Source: an uncultured Pseudomonadota bacterium (GTDB taxonomy: Bacteria > Pseudomonadota > Alphaproteobacteria > JACZXZ01). From it: a stretch of DNA of 64,000 nucleotides. The translations under genes and the position numbers were made by a program. Below the pieces are notes generated by a model that was not told where the DNA came from, did not search any database, and was given only the letters and a program-made list of their open reading frames with translations. The stretch is taken from assembly GCA_963749075.1 (NCBI GenBank), contig CAVVLJ010000016.1:928001-992000 (forward strand), written 5' to 3'. Positions 27,808 through 38,678 of this stretch are shown piece by piece. Positions within the stretch are counted from its first letter, which is position 1; every line of letters begins with the position of its first letter.

Positions 27808-28860
27808 CTATTGCGCCGCCGCGGGGCGGCGCTCGAGCAGCGCTCCGACATCCTCGACGAAGGACCGCATCACCTCGGCGATGCCCGTGCCCTTGCAGGC
27901 ATGCGGGCGGATCGTGATGCCGGTGACCTCCGGCCGCAGCATGGCGGCGATCCGTGCCGCGACGCGCTCGGGGCTGCCGGCGAGCATGCTCGCATCGACC
28001 ACCTCCAGCGGCAAGGCCGCCGCCGCGGCGTCCGCGAGCGATTTGTCCTGCTTCGCCGCGATGGCCGAGAACTCGGCCGGCACGCTGACGCCGAGGCGGG
28101 TTAAGAAATCCCAGCGCGGATAGGCGCTGATGAGGCGCAAGGCGAGGCGCCGGCGCATGGCCTCGATCGCCGCCGTCTCGTCGCGCGAGATGCAGACCTC
28201 CCAGCGCAGATTGATGTCGATCTCGCCCATCGCGCGGCCGGCCTTGGCCGCACCCTCGGCGATCTGCGCCAAATAGAAGTCGAGCGCCGCCGGTGCCGCG
28301 ATGTTGGCGATCAGCACGCCGTCGGCAAGCTCGCCCGCGAGCCGGCTGATCTGGGCGCCCTGGGTCGCGATGTAGATCGGAACGCGCTGGCGCAGCGGCG
28401 TGAACTCGAGCCTGGCGTCTCTCAGCGAGATCACCTTGCCGTCGTAGCTGACCTCCTCGCCGAGCAGCAGGCGGCGGACGATGGCGATGGTCTCGCGCAT
28501 GGCGGCCACGGGCAAGGTCTTGGCGATGCCGAGCTCGCGAAAGCCGGCGCCGCCGAGGCCGAGGCCGAGCACCGCCCGGCCTTGGGAAAGCTCGTCGAGC
28601 GTCGCGATCGCTGCGGCGGTGACCGCCGGGTGGCGCGAATAGGGGTCGGTGACGCCGGTCCCGAGCAGGATGTCCGTGGTCCGCATCGCGACGCTGGCGA
28701 GGCCGACGTAGCACTCGCGCAAGAGGCGCACGTCGGTGTACCAGAAGCTGCGGTAGCCGAGCTCCTCGGCGAGTGCGCCGAGCCGCAGCAGCTCGCCGGC
28801 CGGATACTCCGCATTCAGGAGGACGCCGAGCGGCCGCGTTGCGGAGGAAGCTGCGCTCAT
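27808..28860 (-). CDS. LLM-class flavin/F420-dependent oxidoreductase (Mer-like)
   Basis: AEELGYRSFW, LGTGVTDPYSRHPAVTAAAIATLDELSQGRAVLGLG, AGELADGV. Confidence 0.88.
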   Translation of the reverse strand: MSAASSATRPLGVLLNAEYPAGELLRLGALAEELGYRSFWYTDVRLLRECYVGLASVAMRTTDILLGTGVTDPYSRHPAVTAAAIATLDELSQGRAVLGLGLGGAGFRELGIAKTLPVAAMRETIAIVRRLLLGEEVSYDGKVISLRDARLEFTPLRQRVPIYIATQGAQISRLAGELADGVLIANIAAPAALDFYLAQIAEGAAKAGRAMGEIDINLRWEVCISRDETAAIEAMRRRLALRLISAYPRWDFLTRLGVSVPAEFSAIAAKQDKSLADAAAAALPLEVVDASMLAGSPERVAARIAAMLRPEVTGITIRPHACKGTGIAEVMRSFVEDVGALLERRPAAAQ

Positions 28861-29051
28861 TTACGTTGACGATCCGGCCACAAGAGCCCGCCGATGCTCC
28901 AGTTCTCCCGCTTCACCTCGTCGATCACCACGTGGACGGCCTCGGGGGGGACGGCGGCCACGCGCGCAACCACCTCGGTAATGCCCTTCACGAGCTCCCG
29001 CTTCTGATCGAGCGAGCGGCCATCGTACAGCGAGACGGTCACGATCGGCAT
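28857..29051 (-). CDS. 4-oxalocrotonate tautomerase family protein
   Basis: Catalytic Pro1: (M)PIVTVSLYDGRSLDQKRELV...ENWSIGG; GGAGG RBS. Confidence 0.9.
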   Translation of the reverse strand: MPIVTVSLYDGRSLDQKRELVKGITEVVARVAAVPPEAVHVVIDEVKRENWSIGGLLWPDRQRK

Positions 29052-29097
29052 GGCATGCCCTCCGGGAGGCGGCCCCAACGGCCGAGAGCTCAATCGC

Positions 29098-29412
29098 TCA
29101 GAGATGGACTTCCTTGAACTCGCCCACGCTCTCGAGCGGGCTCGCGAGGATGGTCTTCGCCTTGGCGCGCAACGCCGCCTCGGCCGGTGCCGCCTGCCAC
29201 TTCTCGAGATCGGCGCTGCTCTCCCAGCCATTGACGAGAAGCCAGCTGTTGGCCTCCTTGGTGTCGCGCAGCAGGAGGGAATAGACGCAGCCCGGCCAGG
29301 CGCACATCTGCGGCAGGATCTCGTCGCGCCGGAAGGCCAGGTACACCTCCTCCTTGCCCGGCTGAACGCGGGCGCGGGAGACGGTGACGAAGAGATCCTT
29401 GTGGTAATGCAT
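29098..29412 (-). CDS. Antibiotic biosynthesis monooxygenase (ABM) domain protein
   Basis: RVQPGKEE...PGC...WESSADLEKW; AGGAGG RBS. Confidence 0.75.
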   Translation of the reverse strand: MHYHKDLFVTVSRARVQPGKEEVYLAFRRDEILPQMCAWPGCVYSLLLRDTKEANSWLLVNGWESSADLEKWQAAPAEAALRAKAKTILASPLESVGEFKEVHL

Positions 29413-29643
29413 CGAGCACCTCCTCTCGAGACGGCAGCTCAGCACAGCGGGGCCGCTCGCCCTTCCTCGGAAGGCTAGGGGTGCCGCTTGGGGTGCATCA
29501 ACAAAAGATTTGCCGGGGAACGACGCCCCAGCTGAGCTAAGGGCAGGCGGGGAAAGCGTTGTGGCCGAGCGCGCGCTCCCCACCCCCGGGGCTCTTGGTC
29601 CCGGGAGTGGGAAGACGGGCGAGGCGAGGCGGCGGCCTGGCGG

Positions 29644-31122
29644 CTACTCCGCCGCTTGCGGCCTCTTCTCCAAGCCGAGCCGCTCGGCGACGCCGCGGCC
29701 GTAGGCCGCGTCCGCCTTCGCGAAATGCTCGATCTGGCGCAGCTGGATCATCTCCGGTACGCCTTGCATGGCGGCGGCGACGTTGTCCATGAGCTGCTTT
29801 TTCTGCGTCGGCGACATCAGGCGGAACAATGCACCCGCTTGGCCATAATCGTCGTTGCCCTTGCGGTGGTCGTAGCGGTCCGCTTCGCCCGAGATCGGCA
29901 GCGGCGGCTCCTTGAAGCGCTGGTCCTCGACCGGGCCGCCGAAGCTGTTGGGCTCGTAATTGACGGCTCCGCCGAAATTGCCGTCGAACCGCATGGCGCC
30001 GTCGCGGTGATAGTCGTGGACCGGACAACGCGCCTTGTTGACCGGCAGGCTCTCGTAATTCACGCCGAGGCGATAGCGATGCGCATCGGCGTAGGAGAAG
30101 ATGCGGAACTGCAGCATCTTGTCCGGGCTGTGGCTGATCCCCGGCACCACATTCGCCGGCGAGAACGACGCCTGCTCCACCTCGGCGAAATAGTTATCCG
30201 GATTGCGGTTGAGCTCCATCACGCCGACCTCGACCAGCGGATAGTCTTTGTGCGGCCAGACCTTGGTCAGGTCGAAGGGGTTGTAGGGCGTCTTGGAGGC
30301 GTCCGCCTCGGGCATGATCTGCACGCTGAGGCGCCACTTCGGATAGTCGCCGTGCTCGATCGCCTCGAAGAGGTCCCGCTGATGGCTCTCGCGGTCGCCG
30401 CCGACGATGCGCGCCGCCTCCGCGTCGGTCAAATTGGCGACGCCCTGCATGGACTTGAAGTGGAACTTCACCCAGAAGCGCTCGCCCTTGGCGTTGATGA
30501 AGCTGTAGGTGTGGCTGCCGAAACCATGCATATGGCGATAGGTCTTGGGCAGTCCGCGGTCGGAAAACAGGATGGTGACCTGATGCAGGCTCTCGGGCGA
30601 AAGGGACCAGAAGTCCCACATCGCCGTCGGGTTGCGCAGGTTGCTCTTGGGATCGCGCTTCTGCGTGCGGATGAAGTCGGGAAACTTGTAAGGGTCGCGC
30701 ACGAAGAAGACAGGCGTGTTGTTGCCGACGAGGTCCCAATTGCCCTCGTCCGTGTAGAATTTCATCGCGAAGCCGCGCACGTCGCGCTCGGCGTCGGCGG
30801 CGCCCCGCTCGCCCGCTACGGTCGAGAAGCGCACCAGGCACTCCGTCTTCTTTCCCACCTTGCCGAACAGAGCGGCCTTCGTGTAGCGGCTGACGTCCTT
30901 GGTCACGGTGAGCGTGCCATAGGCCGCCGAGCCCTTCGCATGCACCACCCGTTCCGGGATACGTTCGCGGTTGAAATGGGCGTGCTTCTCGAAGAGCTGC
31001 CAATCCTGCACGAGCAACGGCCCGCGCGGACCGGCGGTCAGGCTGTTCTGATTGTCACCGACGGGTATGCCGGCGGCCGTGGTGAGCACGGCACCCCCGG
31101 CACTGCTGGATTTCTTGACCAT
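29644..31122 (-). CDS. katA: Monofunctional small-subunit heme catalase
   Basis: [48 protein letters not shown]; AGGAGG RBS. Confidence 0.96.
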   Translation of the reverse strand: MVKKSSSAGGAVLTTAAGIPVGDNQNSLTAGPRGPLLVQDWQLFEKHAHFNRERIPERVVHAKGSAAYGTLTVTKDVSRYTKAALFGKVGKKTECLVRFSTVAGERGAADAERDVRGFAMKFYTDEGNWDLVGNNTPVFFVRDPYKFPDFIRTQKRDPKSNLRNPTAMWDFWSLSPESLHQVTILFSDRGLPKTYRHMHGFGSHTYSFINAKGERFWVKFHFKSMQGVANLTDAEAARIVGGDRESHQRDLFEAIEHGDYPKWRLSVQIMPEADASKTPYNPFDLTKVWPHKDYPLVEVGVMELNRNPDNYFAEVEQASFSPANVVPGISHSPDKMLQFRIFSYADAHRYRLGVNYESLPVNKARCPVHDYHRDGAMRFDGNFGGAVNYEPNSFGGPVEDQRFKEPPLPISGEADRYDHRKGNDDYGQAGALFRLMSPTQKKQLMDNVAAAMQGVPEMIQLRQIEHFAKADAAYGRGVAERLGLEKRPQAAE

Positions 31123-31200
31123 GATACGCCCTCCTTTCGCGAGCGGCCCGGAGATGCGAAGCAAAGCCGTACATATTCGCTGCCTCGCTCGGGACGCGCA

Positions 31201-31214
31201 TTGATCCAGATCAA
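31201..31214. promoter_or_regulatory. FNR/FixK box upstream of katA
   Basis: Perfect TTGAT-CCAG-ATCAA. Confidence 0.75.
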
Positions 31215-31346
31215 GTTGCCGGTGCGACGGGCGCAGCGGCGCGTTCTCGATGCGGAGACGGTGGACCGGATGCGGCGGCCGGTCCAATGAGTTCTTCTTG
31301 TCAAATAAATCGGAAATTCAATGACGAGGCGGGCACCGCCGGCGAT

Positions 31347-31360
31347 TTGATCAGGATCAA
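31347..31360. promoter_or_regulatory. FNR/FixK box upstream of the hemerythrin gene
   Basis: Perfect TTGAT-CAGG-ATCAA, with CATACT at 31381 roughly where a class II -10 would be. Confidence 0.8.
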
Positions 31361-31453
31361 TGCGACGCGCTCGAGCCCGGCATACTCTGCAATCCAGCCA
31401 CGAGATCCGGCAGTCTCGACGGTCGAGACGGGCAAATTGGGGATTTCCTTGCG

Positions 31454-32035
31454 ATGCACGAAATCCTTCAGACGCTGCGGCAGGAGCACCGGAATATCCT
31501 CAGCCTGATCAGCGCGCTCGAGTGGCAGGTGGCCGAGTTCGAGCGCGGCAATGTGCCCGACTACGACGCGATCGGCGCGAATGTCGAGTATTTCCTGAAT
31601 TTCCCCGATCTTTTCCATCATCCGAAAGAGGATCTGGTGTTCGCGAAACTGCGCGAACGCGACCCGGCAGTGGCTGCCGGCGTCGGCGAGCTGCGCCGCT
31701 TGCATGAGGAGCTCGGCGCGCGCACGCGGGAATTCTCGGCGAGTGTGCACGCCGTGCTCGACGAGCTGGAGATTCCGCGCAACGCATTCATTCAACGGGC
31801 GCGCCGCTTCATCGAGCTGCAGCGCCAGCATATCGAGATGGAGGAGGCCGGCTTCTTTCCCGCCGCCGACAAGACGCTGACCGCGGAAGACTGGGCGGAT
31901 TTGAAGGCGTGCATGACGACGGCGGAAGACCCCTTGTTCGGCGAAAACGTCTCGCTAAAGTTCGACCACCTGCGCCAGATGATTCTGACCTGGCAGGCCG
32001 AGGACGAGCTCCTCGGGCGCGAAAACAAGGCATAG
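31454..32035 (+). CDS. Hemerythrin-domain protein
   Basis: LRQEHRNI, HHPKEDLVF, LHEEL, HIEMEE..FFP. Confidence 0.88.
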   Translation: MHEILQTLRQEHRNILSLISALEWQVAEFERGNVPDYDAIGANVEYFLNFPDLFHHPKEDLVFAKLRERDPAVAAGVGELRRLHEELGARTREFSASVHAVLDELEIPRNAFIQRARRFIELQRQHIEMEEAGFFPAADKTLTAEDWADLKACMTTAEDPLFGENVSLKFDHLRQMILTWQAEDELLGRENKA

Positions 32036-32140
32036 CTTGTAGCTCTCGCCCGGTAAAAAGAGTTCGCGCGAAACCCTGCCAGAGATCGGGTGCCGCTCGG
32101 CGCCCGGCGTTTGCACGCCGGCAGGCATTAAACTCGCATC

Positions 32141-32177
32141 ATAGCCCCCTGGAATTCCGCGGGTTCCAGGGGGCTAT
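32141..32177. terminator. Strong hairpin between convergent hemerythrin and glnA genes (possible terminator)
   Basis: 14-bp perfect inverted repeat ATAGCCCCCTGGAA / TTCCAGGGGGCTAT; no clear U-tract. Confidence 0.5.
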
Positions 32178-32195
32178 CCAGGCTGTCTCTTGGTC

Positions 32196-32329
32196 TAGAG
32201 CGCGATCCACTCAAATCGAATCGGGCATTCACCTCGTCATTCCCGCGAAAGCGGGAATCCAGCAGAGCCTGGAGCCCCGCTTTCGCGGGGGCGACGCCGG
32301 GCGTTTCAACCTGGTCGGATCATGCTCTA
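32196..32329. repeat. Nested palindromic/MITE-like element
   Basis: Outer ends TAGAGCGCGATCC...GGATCATGCTCTA enclose an inner REP-like unit GTCATTCCCGCGAAAGCGGGAATCCAG...CTGGAGCCCCGCTTTCGCGGGGGCGAC. Confidence 0.7.
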
Positions 32330-32370
32330 ACGCGATTCAGCCAATTTGCTGAGACGGCTCAACTCTCCGC

Positions 32371-33783
32371 TCACGCGCTGTAGTACATCTCGAATTCGAC
32401 CGGGTGGGGCGTGTGCTCGAAGCGGAAGACCTCCTCCCACCTGAGCTCCATGTAGGAGTCGATGAGGTCGTCGGAAAACACGTCGCCCTTCTTGAGGAAG
32501 TCGCGGTCGCCGTCGAGGGTCAGGAGGGCCTCGCGCAGCGAGCCGCACACGGTCGGCACCGACTTGAGCAACTCTGGCGGCAGGTCGTAGAGGTTCTTGT
32601 CGATCGGATCGCCGGGATGGATCTTGTTCTGGATGCCGTCGAGCCCCGCCATCAGCATCGCGGCGAAGCCGAGATAGGGGTTGCAGAGCGGGTCCGGGAA
32701 GCGCACCTCGACGCGCTTGCCCTTCGGGCTCGAGACGAAGGGGATGCGGCAGGCGGCCGAGCGGTTGCGCGCCGAATAGGCGAGCAGCACCGGCGCCTCG
32801 AAGCCGGGGATGAGGCGCTTGTAGCTGTTCGTCGTCGGGTTGGTGAAGGCGTTAATCGCGCGCGCGTGCTTGATGATGCCGCCGATGTAGTAGAGGGCCA
32901 GCTCCGAGAGGTCGGCGTAGCCCGAGCCGGCGAAAAGCGGCTTGCCGCCCTTCCACACCGACTGGTGGGTGTGCATGCCCGAGCCGTTGTCGCCGAACAC
33001 CGGCTTCGGCATGAAGGTCGCGGTCTTGCCGTAGGAATGCGCCACCATCTGCACGCAGTACTTGTAGACCTGCATGCCGTCGGCCATCTTGGTCAGCGTG
33101 CTGAAGAGGATGCCGAGCTCGTGCTGGGCAGGCGCCACCTCGTGGTGGTGCTTCTCCACCTTGACGCCCATGGCGGCGATGGCATCGAGCATCTCGGAGC
33201 GCATGTCCTGGGCGGAGTCGACCGGCGGCACCGGGAAATAGCCGCCCTTGATGGGCGGGCGATGGCCCGAGTTGCCCTCCTCGTACTTGCGCCCGCTGTT
33301 GTAGGGGCCCTCCTCGCTGTCGATGAAGACCGAGTGCTCGTTCATGGCGGAGCGGAAGCGCACGTCGTCGAACACGAAGAACTCGGCCTCGGGACCGAAG
33401 TAGGCGGTGTCGCCGATGTCGGTCGCCTTGAGATAGGCCTCGGCGCGCTTGGCGGTCGAGCGCGGGTCGCGGCCGTAGGCCTCGCCGGTCATGGGCTCGA
33501 GCACGTCGCAGACCAGCACAAGCGTGGGTTGGGCCATGAAGGGATCGAGCGCCGCCGTTTCCGGGTCGGGCATGAGCGTCATGTCTGAATCGTTGATGAC
33601 TTTCCAGCCGGCGATCGAGGAGCCGTCGAACATGACGCCTTCCTCGAGGAAGGACTCGTCGAAATTGCTGATCGGATGGCTCAAGTGCTGCCATTTGCCG
33701 CGCGGATCGGTGAAGCGGAAGTCGACGTACTTGACGTCGTGCTCCTTGATCATTGCGAAGACGTTTTCGAACTTCTTCGACAT
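32371..33783 (-). CDS. glnA: Glutamine synthetase type I
   Basis: [35 protein letters not shown], adenylylation site NLYDLP. Confidence 0.98.
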   Translation of the reverse strand: MSKKFENVFAMIKEHDVKYVDFRFTDPRGKWQHLSHPISNFDESFLEEGVMFDGSSIAGWKVINDSDMTLMPDPETAALDPFMAQPTLVLVCDVLEPMTGEAYGRDPRSTAKRAEAYLKATDIGDTAYFGPEAEFFVFDDVRFRSAMNEHSVFIDSEEGPYNSGRKYEEGNSGHRPPIKGGYFPVPPVDSAQDMRSEMLDAIAAMGVKVEKHHHEVAPAQHELGILFSTLTKMADGMQVYKYCVQMVAHSYGKTATFMPKPVFGDNGSGMHTHQSVWKGGKPLFAGSGYADLSELALYYIGGIIKHARAINAFTNPTTNSYKRLIPGFEAPVLLAYSARNRSAACRIPFVSSPKGKRVEVRFPDPLCNPYLGFAAMLMAGLDGIQNKIHPGDPIDKNLYDLPPELLKSVPTVCGSLREALLTLDGDRDFLKKGDVFSDDLIDSYMELRWEEVFRFEHTPHPVEFEMYYSA

Positions 33784-33838
33784 CGGTTTTGTTCCCTTCT
33801 TTGCTGGCCGAATGTGCGTGCCGTGCCGAGGTAATGCG

Positions 33839-34195
<357 letters not shown>

Positions 34196-34323
34196 TTAAA
34201 GGCCTTTGCCGCGTCCACGCCGTCGGAATTGCGGCGCGCGCGGTGTCGTTGCACAGGGGCCCTCGTTGGCGTCGCGGCTCCTCTTGCGTGCCCGATGGTC
34301 GCTCCTGACGTATCCGGCCTTTT

Positions 34324-34340
34324 AGCATGGCGCGTGCCAA
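34324..34340 (-). promoter_or_regulatory. Sigma-54 promoter of glnBA
   Basis: Minus strand TTGGCACGCGCCATGCT with exact GG-N10-GC spacing. Confidence 0.85.
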
Positions 34341-34412
34341 CCGCCGGAAGACCGCAAAGTCCCGTGGCCCTGCGGCTTTTGGCCTCGATTATGCGACATC
34401 CGACCAAAGAAA

Positions 34413-34429
34413 TGCCCATTTTTTATGCA
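34413..34429. promoter_or_regulatory. Putative NtrC binding site
   Basis: TGCCCATTTTTTATGCA, a 17-bp TGC-N11-GCA with AT-rich core, about 75 bp upstream of the sigma-54 site. Confidence 0.65.
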
Positions 34430-34457
34430 AATGCATAGCGGTAAAGCGAAAGGCCGC

Positions 34458-35630
34458 TCAGCTGTCCGCCAAGGCGGCGCGGATGCGGCCCATCGCGCGC
34501 TCGATGTTCTCGGTGCTGTTGGCATAAGAGAAGCGGATATAGCCCTCGCCATAGCGCCCGAAGCTCGTACCGGCGACGGTGGCGACGCCGGCCTCCTCGA
34601 GAAGCTTCTGCTGCAGGCCGCGGGCATCGTAGCCGGTGCCGCTGATGTTGGGGAAGGCGTAGAAGGCGCCGCCCGGCTCGACGCAGCGGAAGCCGGGGAG
34701 CTGGTTCAAGGCGCGCACGATGACGCGGCGGCGCTCGTCGAACGCCTTGACCATCATGGCCACGCTGTCCTGCGGGCCGGCGAGCGCCGCGAGCCCGGCA
34801 TATTGCGCCGCCGCGTTGACGCAGCTATGGCAATTGACGGCGAGGCGCTCCGCATGGGGGAAGAGCGCTGCCGGCCATACGCTGAAGCCCAGGCGCCAGC
34901 CGGTCATCGCGTAGGTCTTGCTCCAGCCGTCGAGCAGGATGACGCGCTCGCGCATCGCCTCGTAGGCGAGGAGCGAGGTGTGCTTCCGCCCGTCGTAGAG
35001 CATCTGGCCGTAGATCTCGTCGCTGAGCACGGCCACCTGCGGATGGGCGAGGAGGCCGGCGACCAGCTTGTCGAGCTCGGCCTTGGGCACGGCACCGCCC
35101 GTGGGGTTGGCCGGGCTGTTGAGGATGAGGAGGCGCGTCCGCGGCGTGACGCGCGAGAGCACCTCCGCCGCGTCGAAGGAGAACTCGTTCTTCTCGTAGA
35201 GCGGCGTCGGCACCGCCTTGGCACCGGTGAAGTTGATCGCCAACTCGTAGATCGGGAAGCCGGGGTTGGGGTAGAGGATCTCCGCACCGGGCTCGCCGAA
35301 CATGAGGATGGCGAAGAACATGGTGACCTTGCCGCCGGGCACGATGAGGACGCTTCCGGGGTCGACGGCGACGCCGTGCCGGCGGGCGAGATCGGCTGAG
35401 ACCGCCTCGCGCAGCGCCGGGATGCCGGCCGCTGCCGTGTAGCCGTGATGGCCGTCCCGCAATGCCTTGCAGCCCGCCTCGACGATGTGGTCGGGAGTCT
35501 TGAAGTCGGGCTGGCCGATGCCGAGGTTGACGATGTCGCGGCCGGCCGCGGCGAGCGCGTTGGCGCGGGCGAGGACCTCGAACGCGGTCTCGGTGCCAAG
35601 GCGGGAGAGCCCGGCGGCAAGCTGCAGCAT
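34458..35630 (-). CDS. Class I/II PLP aminotransferase (aspartate aminotransferase-like)
   Basis: LGIGQPDF, NSPANPTG, SDEIY, GWSKTYAMTGWRLG, GGAFYAF. Confidence 0.93.
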   Translation of the reverse strand: MLQLAAGLSRLGTETAFEVLARANALAAAGRDIVNLGIGQPDFKTPDHIVEAGCKALRDGHHGYTAAAGIPALREAVSADLARRHGVAVDPGSVLIVPGGKVTMFFAILMFGEPGAEILYPNPGFPIYELAINFTGAKAVPTPLYEKNEFSFDAAEVLSRVTPRTRLLILNSPANPTGGAVPKAELDKLVAGLLAHPQVAVLSDEIYGQMLYDGRKHTSLLAYEAMRERVILLDGWSKTYAMTGWRLGFSVWPAALFPHAERLAVNCHSCVNAAAQYAGLAALAGPQDSVAMMVKAFDERRRVIVRALNQLPGFRCVEPGGAFYAFPNISGTGYDARGLQQKLLEEAGVATVAGTSFGRYGEGYIRFSYANSTENIERAMGRIRAALADS

Positions 35631-35768
35631 GGGGAGAACCTCCGGAAGAGCGCGCGCCACTATGCCTGAGGTGCCGGCCGGGGGCAAACGCGAAGGCGGC
35701 AAGGCGGCTTCCGCGAGGCGGCGGTTTCGTGCTAAATCGCCGCCTTCGCGGCGATCGGGCCTGCGTCC

Positions 35769-36971
35769 ATGAAATCCGCCAACAGCATTCTCTCCGGCTA
35801 CGGCACGACCGTCTTCGAGGTCATGTCGCGTCTCGCCATCGAGCACCGCTCGATCAACCTCGGGCAAGGCTTCCCCGACGGCAACGGCCCGGCGGACGTG
35901 CGGGCCCAGGCAGCGCTCTTTCTCGAGGACCGGCCCAACCAGTACCCGCCCATGCTCGGCGTGCCCGAGCTGCGCCAGGCGGTGGCCCGGCACGCCGAGC
36001 GCTTCTACGGCCTCGAGGTCGATTGGGAGCGCGAGGTGATGGTCGCTTCGGGTGCCACGGAGGTGCTGGCGAGCTGCCTCTTCGGGCTCATCGAGCCGGG
36101 CGACGAGGTCGTGCTGCTCGAGCCGCTCTACGACAGCTACCTGCCCATCGTGCGCCGCGCCGGCGCCGTGCCGCGCCTGGTGCGGTTGGCACCGCCGGAT
36201 TGGGAGCTGCCGCGCGACGCCCTCGCTGCGGCCTTCTCCGACAAGACCAAGCTCATCCTCCTCAACTCGCCGATGAACCCGGCGGCGAAGCTTTTCGCGC
36301 GCGAGGAGCTGGCTTTCATCGCCGGCCTCCTCGAGCGCCACGACGCCTACGCGGTGTGCGACGAGGTCTATGAGCATCTCGTCTTCGACGGCCGGCCGCA
36401 CATCCCGCTCATGACGCTCCCCGGCATGCGCGGGCGGTGCCTGCGCATCGGCTCGGCCGGGAAGACCTTTGCGCTGACCGGCTGGAAGGTCGGTTACGTG
36501 ACGGCGCCGCCAGCGCTCCTGCAGCCGGTCGCCAAGGCGCACCAGTTCATCACCTTCACGACGCCGCCCAACCTGCAGCGCGCCGTGGCCTACGGCCTCG
36601 CCAAGGAGGACGGCTATTTCCGCGAGCTCGCCCGGGCGCTCGAGCAGAAGCGCGACGCCTTCGCCGCGGGATTGGCGGAGATCGGCTTTGCCGTGCTCGA
36701 CTGCCAAGGCACTTATTTCATCAGCGCCGACTTCCGCCCGCTCGGCTTCCAGGGCGACGATGTCGAGTTCTGCCGTCACATCACCGTGGAGGCGGGAGTG
36801 ACGGCAATCCCGGTGAGCGCCTTCTACGAGGGCGGGGGACCGCGCCATTTCGCGCGCTTCGCCTTCTGCAAGGAGGACGCCGTGCTCGCCGAGGCGCTCC
36901 AGCGCCTCAAGCGCCACTTCGGCCGCGGCCGTGCCGCCGGCCGGAGCCGGCGCGCGGGCGGCGGTGCTTGA
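35769..36971 (+). CDS. Class I/II PLP aminotransferase (YbdL/kynurenine aminotransferase-like)
   Basis: INLGQGFPD, NQY, GATE, CDEVYEH, SAGKTFALTGWKVGY, RFAFCK. Confidence 0.92.
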   Translation: MKSANSILSGYGTTVFEVMSRLAIEHRSINLGQGFPDGNGPADVRAQAALFLEDRPNQYPPMLGVPELRQAVARHAERFYGLEVDWEREVMVASGATEVLASCLFGLIEPGDEVVLLEPLYDSYLPIVRRAGAVPRLVRLAPPDWELPRDALAAAFSDKTKLILLNSPMNPAAKLFAREELAFIAGLLERHDAYAVCDEVYEHLVFDGRPHIPLMTLPGMRGRCLRIGSAGKTFALTGWKVGYVTAPPALLQPVAKAHQFITFTTPPNLQRAVAYGLAKEDGYFRELARALEQKRDAFAAGLAEIGFAVLDCQGTYFISADFRPLGFQGDDVEFCRHITVEAGVTAIPVSAFYEGGGPRHFARFAFCKEDAVLAEALQRLKRHFGRGRAAGRSRRAGGGA

Positions 36972-37036
36972 CCGCCGCCAAGCAAAGGATTAGAGACGTG
37001 CGGCCTTGTTGCCCCGCACCCTCGTGGGGACTCGGC

Positions 37037-37113
37037 GGCGGGCGTAGCTCAGTTGGTAGAGCGCCAGGTTGTGGTCCTGGATGTCACGGGTTCGAATCCC
37101 GTCGCTCGCCCCA
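37037..37113 (+). tRNA. tRNA-His (GUG), with G-1 and C73
   Basis: Cloverleaf GCGGGCG...CCAGG-TT-GTG-GT-CCTGG...GGTTCGAATCC...CGCTCGC-C-CCA. Confidence 0.95.
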
Positions 37114-37292
37114 CCGACGCGCCGCCGGAGAGGATTGCGGCGGAAGCGCAAGGCTCGGCAGAAGCGCAAGACGAGCCGGCTGGAAACCGAGAGCCGGTTC
37201 GGCAAATCGCAGCATGGGCGCGCGAAGATCGGACGGCGGAGCGGCTGGGGCCGCGGCCCGCCGGGGTATCAACCTGCACACGAGGTATCCTT

Positions 37293-37844
37293 ATGAGAGG
37301 CAAGATCACAGCTCTGGCAGCCGCGGCCGTGGTGCTCGGGGCTCTCGCCCAGGCGCCCGGCGCAGCGGCCCAGAGCCCGCTCAATATCGCGGTCATCGAT
37401 CCCCAGTATCTCCTGCAGAATTCGGAGGCCGGGAAGAGCATCCGCGCCCAGCTCGACAAGCTGCACGCCGGCGAGGAGCGCGCACTCAAGACCGAGCAAG
37501 ACAATGTGACGAAGCTCGATCAGACGCTCGGACAACAGCGCGCCACGCTGCCCGCCGCCGAATTCGAGAAGCGCGCCCAGGAGGTCAGGCAGAAGGCCGT
37601 CGAGCTGCAGCGCGACGCCCAGGCGCGCGAGGCCAGATTGAATGCCGCCTACAATACCGCCGCGCAGAAGCTCGAGCAGAGCATCGAGCAGCTCGTAGCC
37701 GAGCTCGTCAAGGAGAAGGGCTATCTCTTCGTTCTCAAGCGCGTGGCGGTGATGGCCAACGCGAACTTGCCGGACCTCACCGCCGAAATTCTCAAGCGCT
37801 TGAATCAGCGCGTGCCCACGGTCGCGGTCGAGATGCCGAAATAG
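37293..37844 (+). CDS. OmpH/Skp-family periplasmic chaperone
   Basis: Signal peptide, IAVID...NSEAGKSIRAQL, coiled-coil body, DLTAEILKRLN. Confidence 0.85.
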   Translation: MRGKITALAAAAVVLGALAQAPGAAAQSPLNIAVIDPQYLLQNSEAGKSIRAQLDKLHAGEERALKTEQDNVTKLDQTLGQQRATLPAAEFEKRAQEVRQKAVELQRDAQAREARLNAAYNTAAQKLEQSIEQLVAELVKEKGYLFVLKRVAVMANANLPDLTAEILKRLNQRVPTVAVEMPK

Positions 37845-37903
37845 CCGCCGCCGCCGAGGCGGACGTAGCAAGCGGCCGATGATAGAGGGAGGAGGACCGC
37901 AGC

Positions 37904-38662
37904 ATGGGCTCAGCCGATAAGGTCGCCATCGTCACCGGCGCCGGCAGCGGCGTCGGCAGGAGCGTTGCACTGGCGCTCCTCGCGGAAGGCTATGCCGTGG
38001 TCCTGGCCGGGCGGCGGAAGGAAGCACTCGACGCCACAGCCGAGGCGGGCAAGGCGAGCGGCGGGCGCACGCTCTCGGTCCCCACCGACGTGCGCGATCC
38101 CGCCTCGGTCAAGGCGCTCTTCGCCAAGACCAAGGAGAGCTTCGGCCGGCTCGATCTGCTCTTCAACAACGCCGGTACCGGAGCACCGCCCGTGCCGCTC
38201 GAGGACCTCACCTACGAGCAGTGGAAGACGGTCGTCGACATCAACCTGACCGGCAGCTTCCTCTGCACCCAGGAAGCCATCAAGATCATGAAGGCGCAAA
38301 CGCCGCGCGGCGGGCGCATCGTCAACAACGGCTCGATCTCGGCCCACGCGCCGCGGCCCAACTCGGCGCCCTACACCTCGACCAAGCACGCCATCACCGG
38401 CCTCACCAAGTCGACCTCGCTCGACGGCCGCAAATACGACATCGCCTGCGGCCAGATCGACATCGGCAATGCCGCCACCGAGATGACGGCGCGCATGAAG
38501 AACGGCGTGCCCCAGGCCAACGGCACGATCGCCGTCGAGCCGACCATGGACCCCAAGTGCGTGGCGAGCGCCGTCGTCTATATGGCGAGCCTGCCGCTCG
38601 ACGCCAACGTGCAGTTCCTCACGGTGATGGCCACGAAGATGCCCTTCATCGGGCGGGGTTGA
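37904..38662 (+). CDS. SDR family oxidoreductase
   Basis: [25 protein letters not shown]. Confidence 0.92.
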   Translation: MGSADKVAIVTGAGSGVGRSVALALLAEGYAVVLAGRRKEALDATAEAGKASGGRTLSVPTDVRDPASVKALFAKTKESFGRLDLLFNNAGTGAPPVPLEDLTYEQWKTVVDINLTGSFLCTQEAIKIMKAQTPRGGRIVNNGSISAHAPRPNSAPYTSTKHAITGLTKSTSLDGRKYDIACGQIDIGNAATEMTARMKNGVPQANGTIAVEPTMDPKCVASAVVYMASLPLDANVQFLTVMATKMPFIGRG

Positions 38663-38678
38663 CGGTCCGCTCGCGTGC

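Noticed and set aside
34458-36917. 819-aa fused aminotransferase ORF; likewise the extended ORFs 41736-43673, 60078-61475 and 60761-62752
   Set aside because: The N-terminal extensions overlap other real genes; true starts are at 35630, 42234, 60864 and 61475
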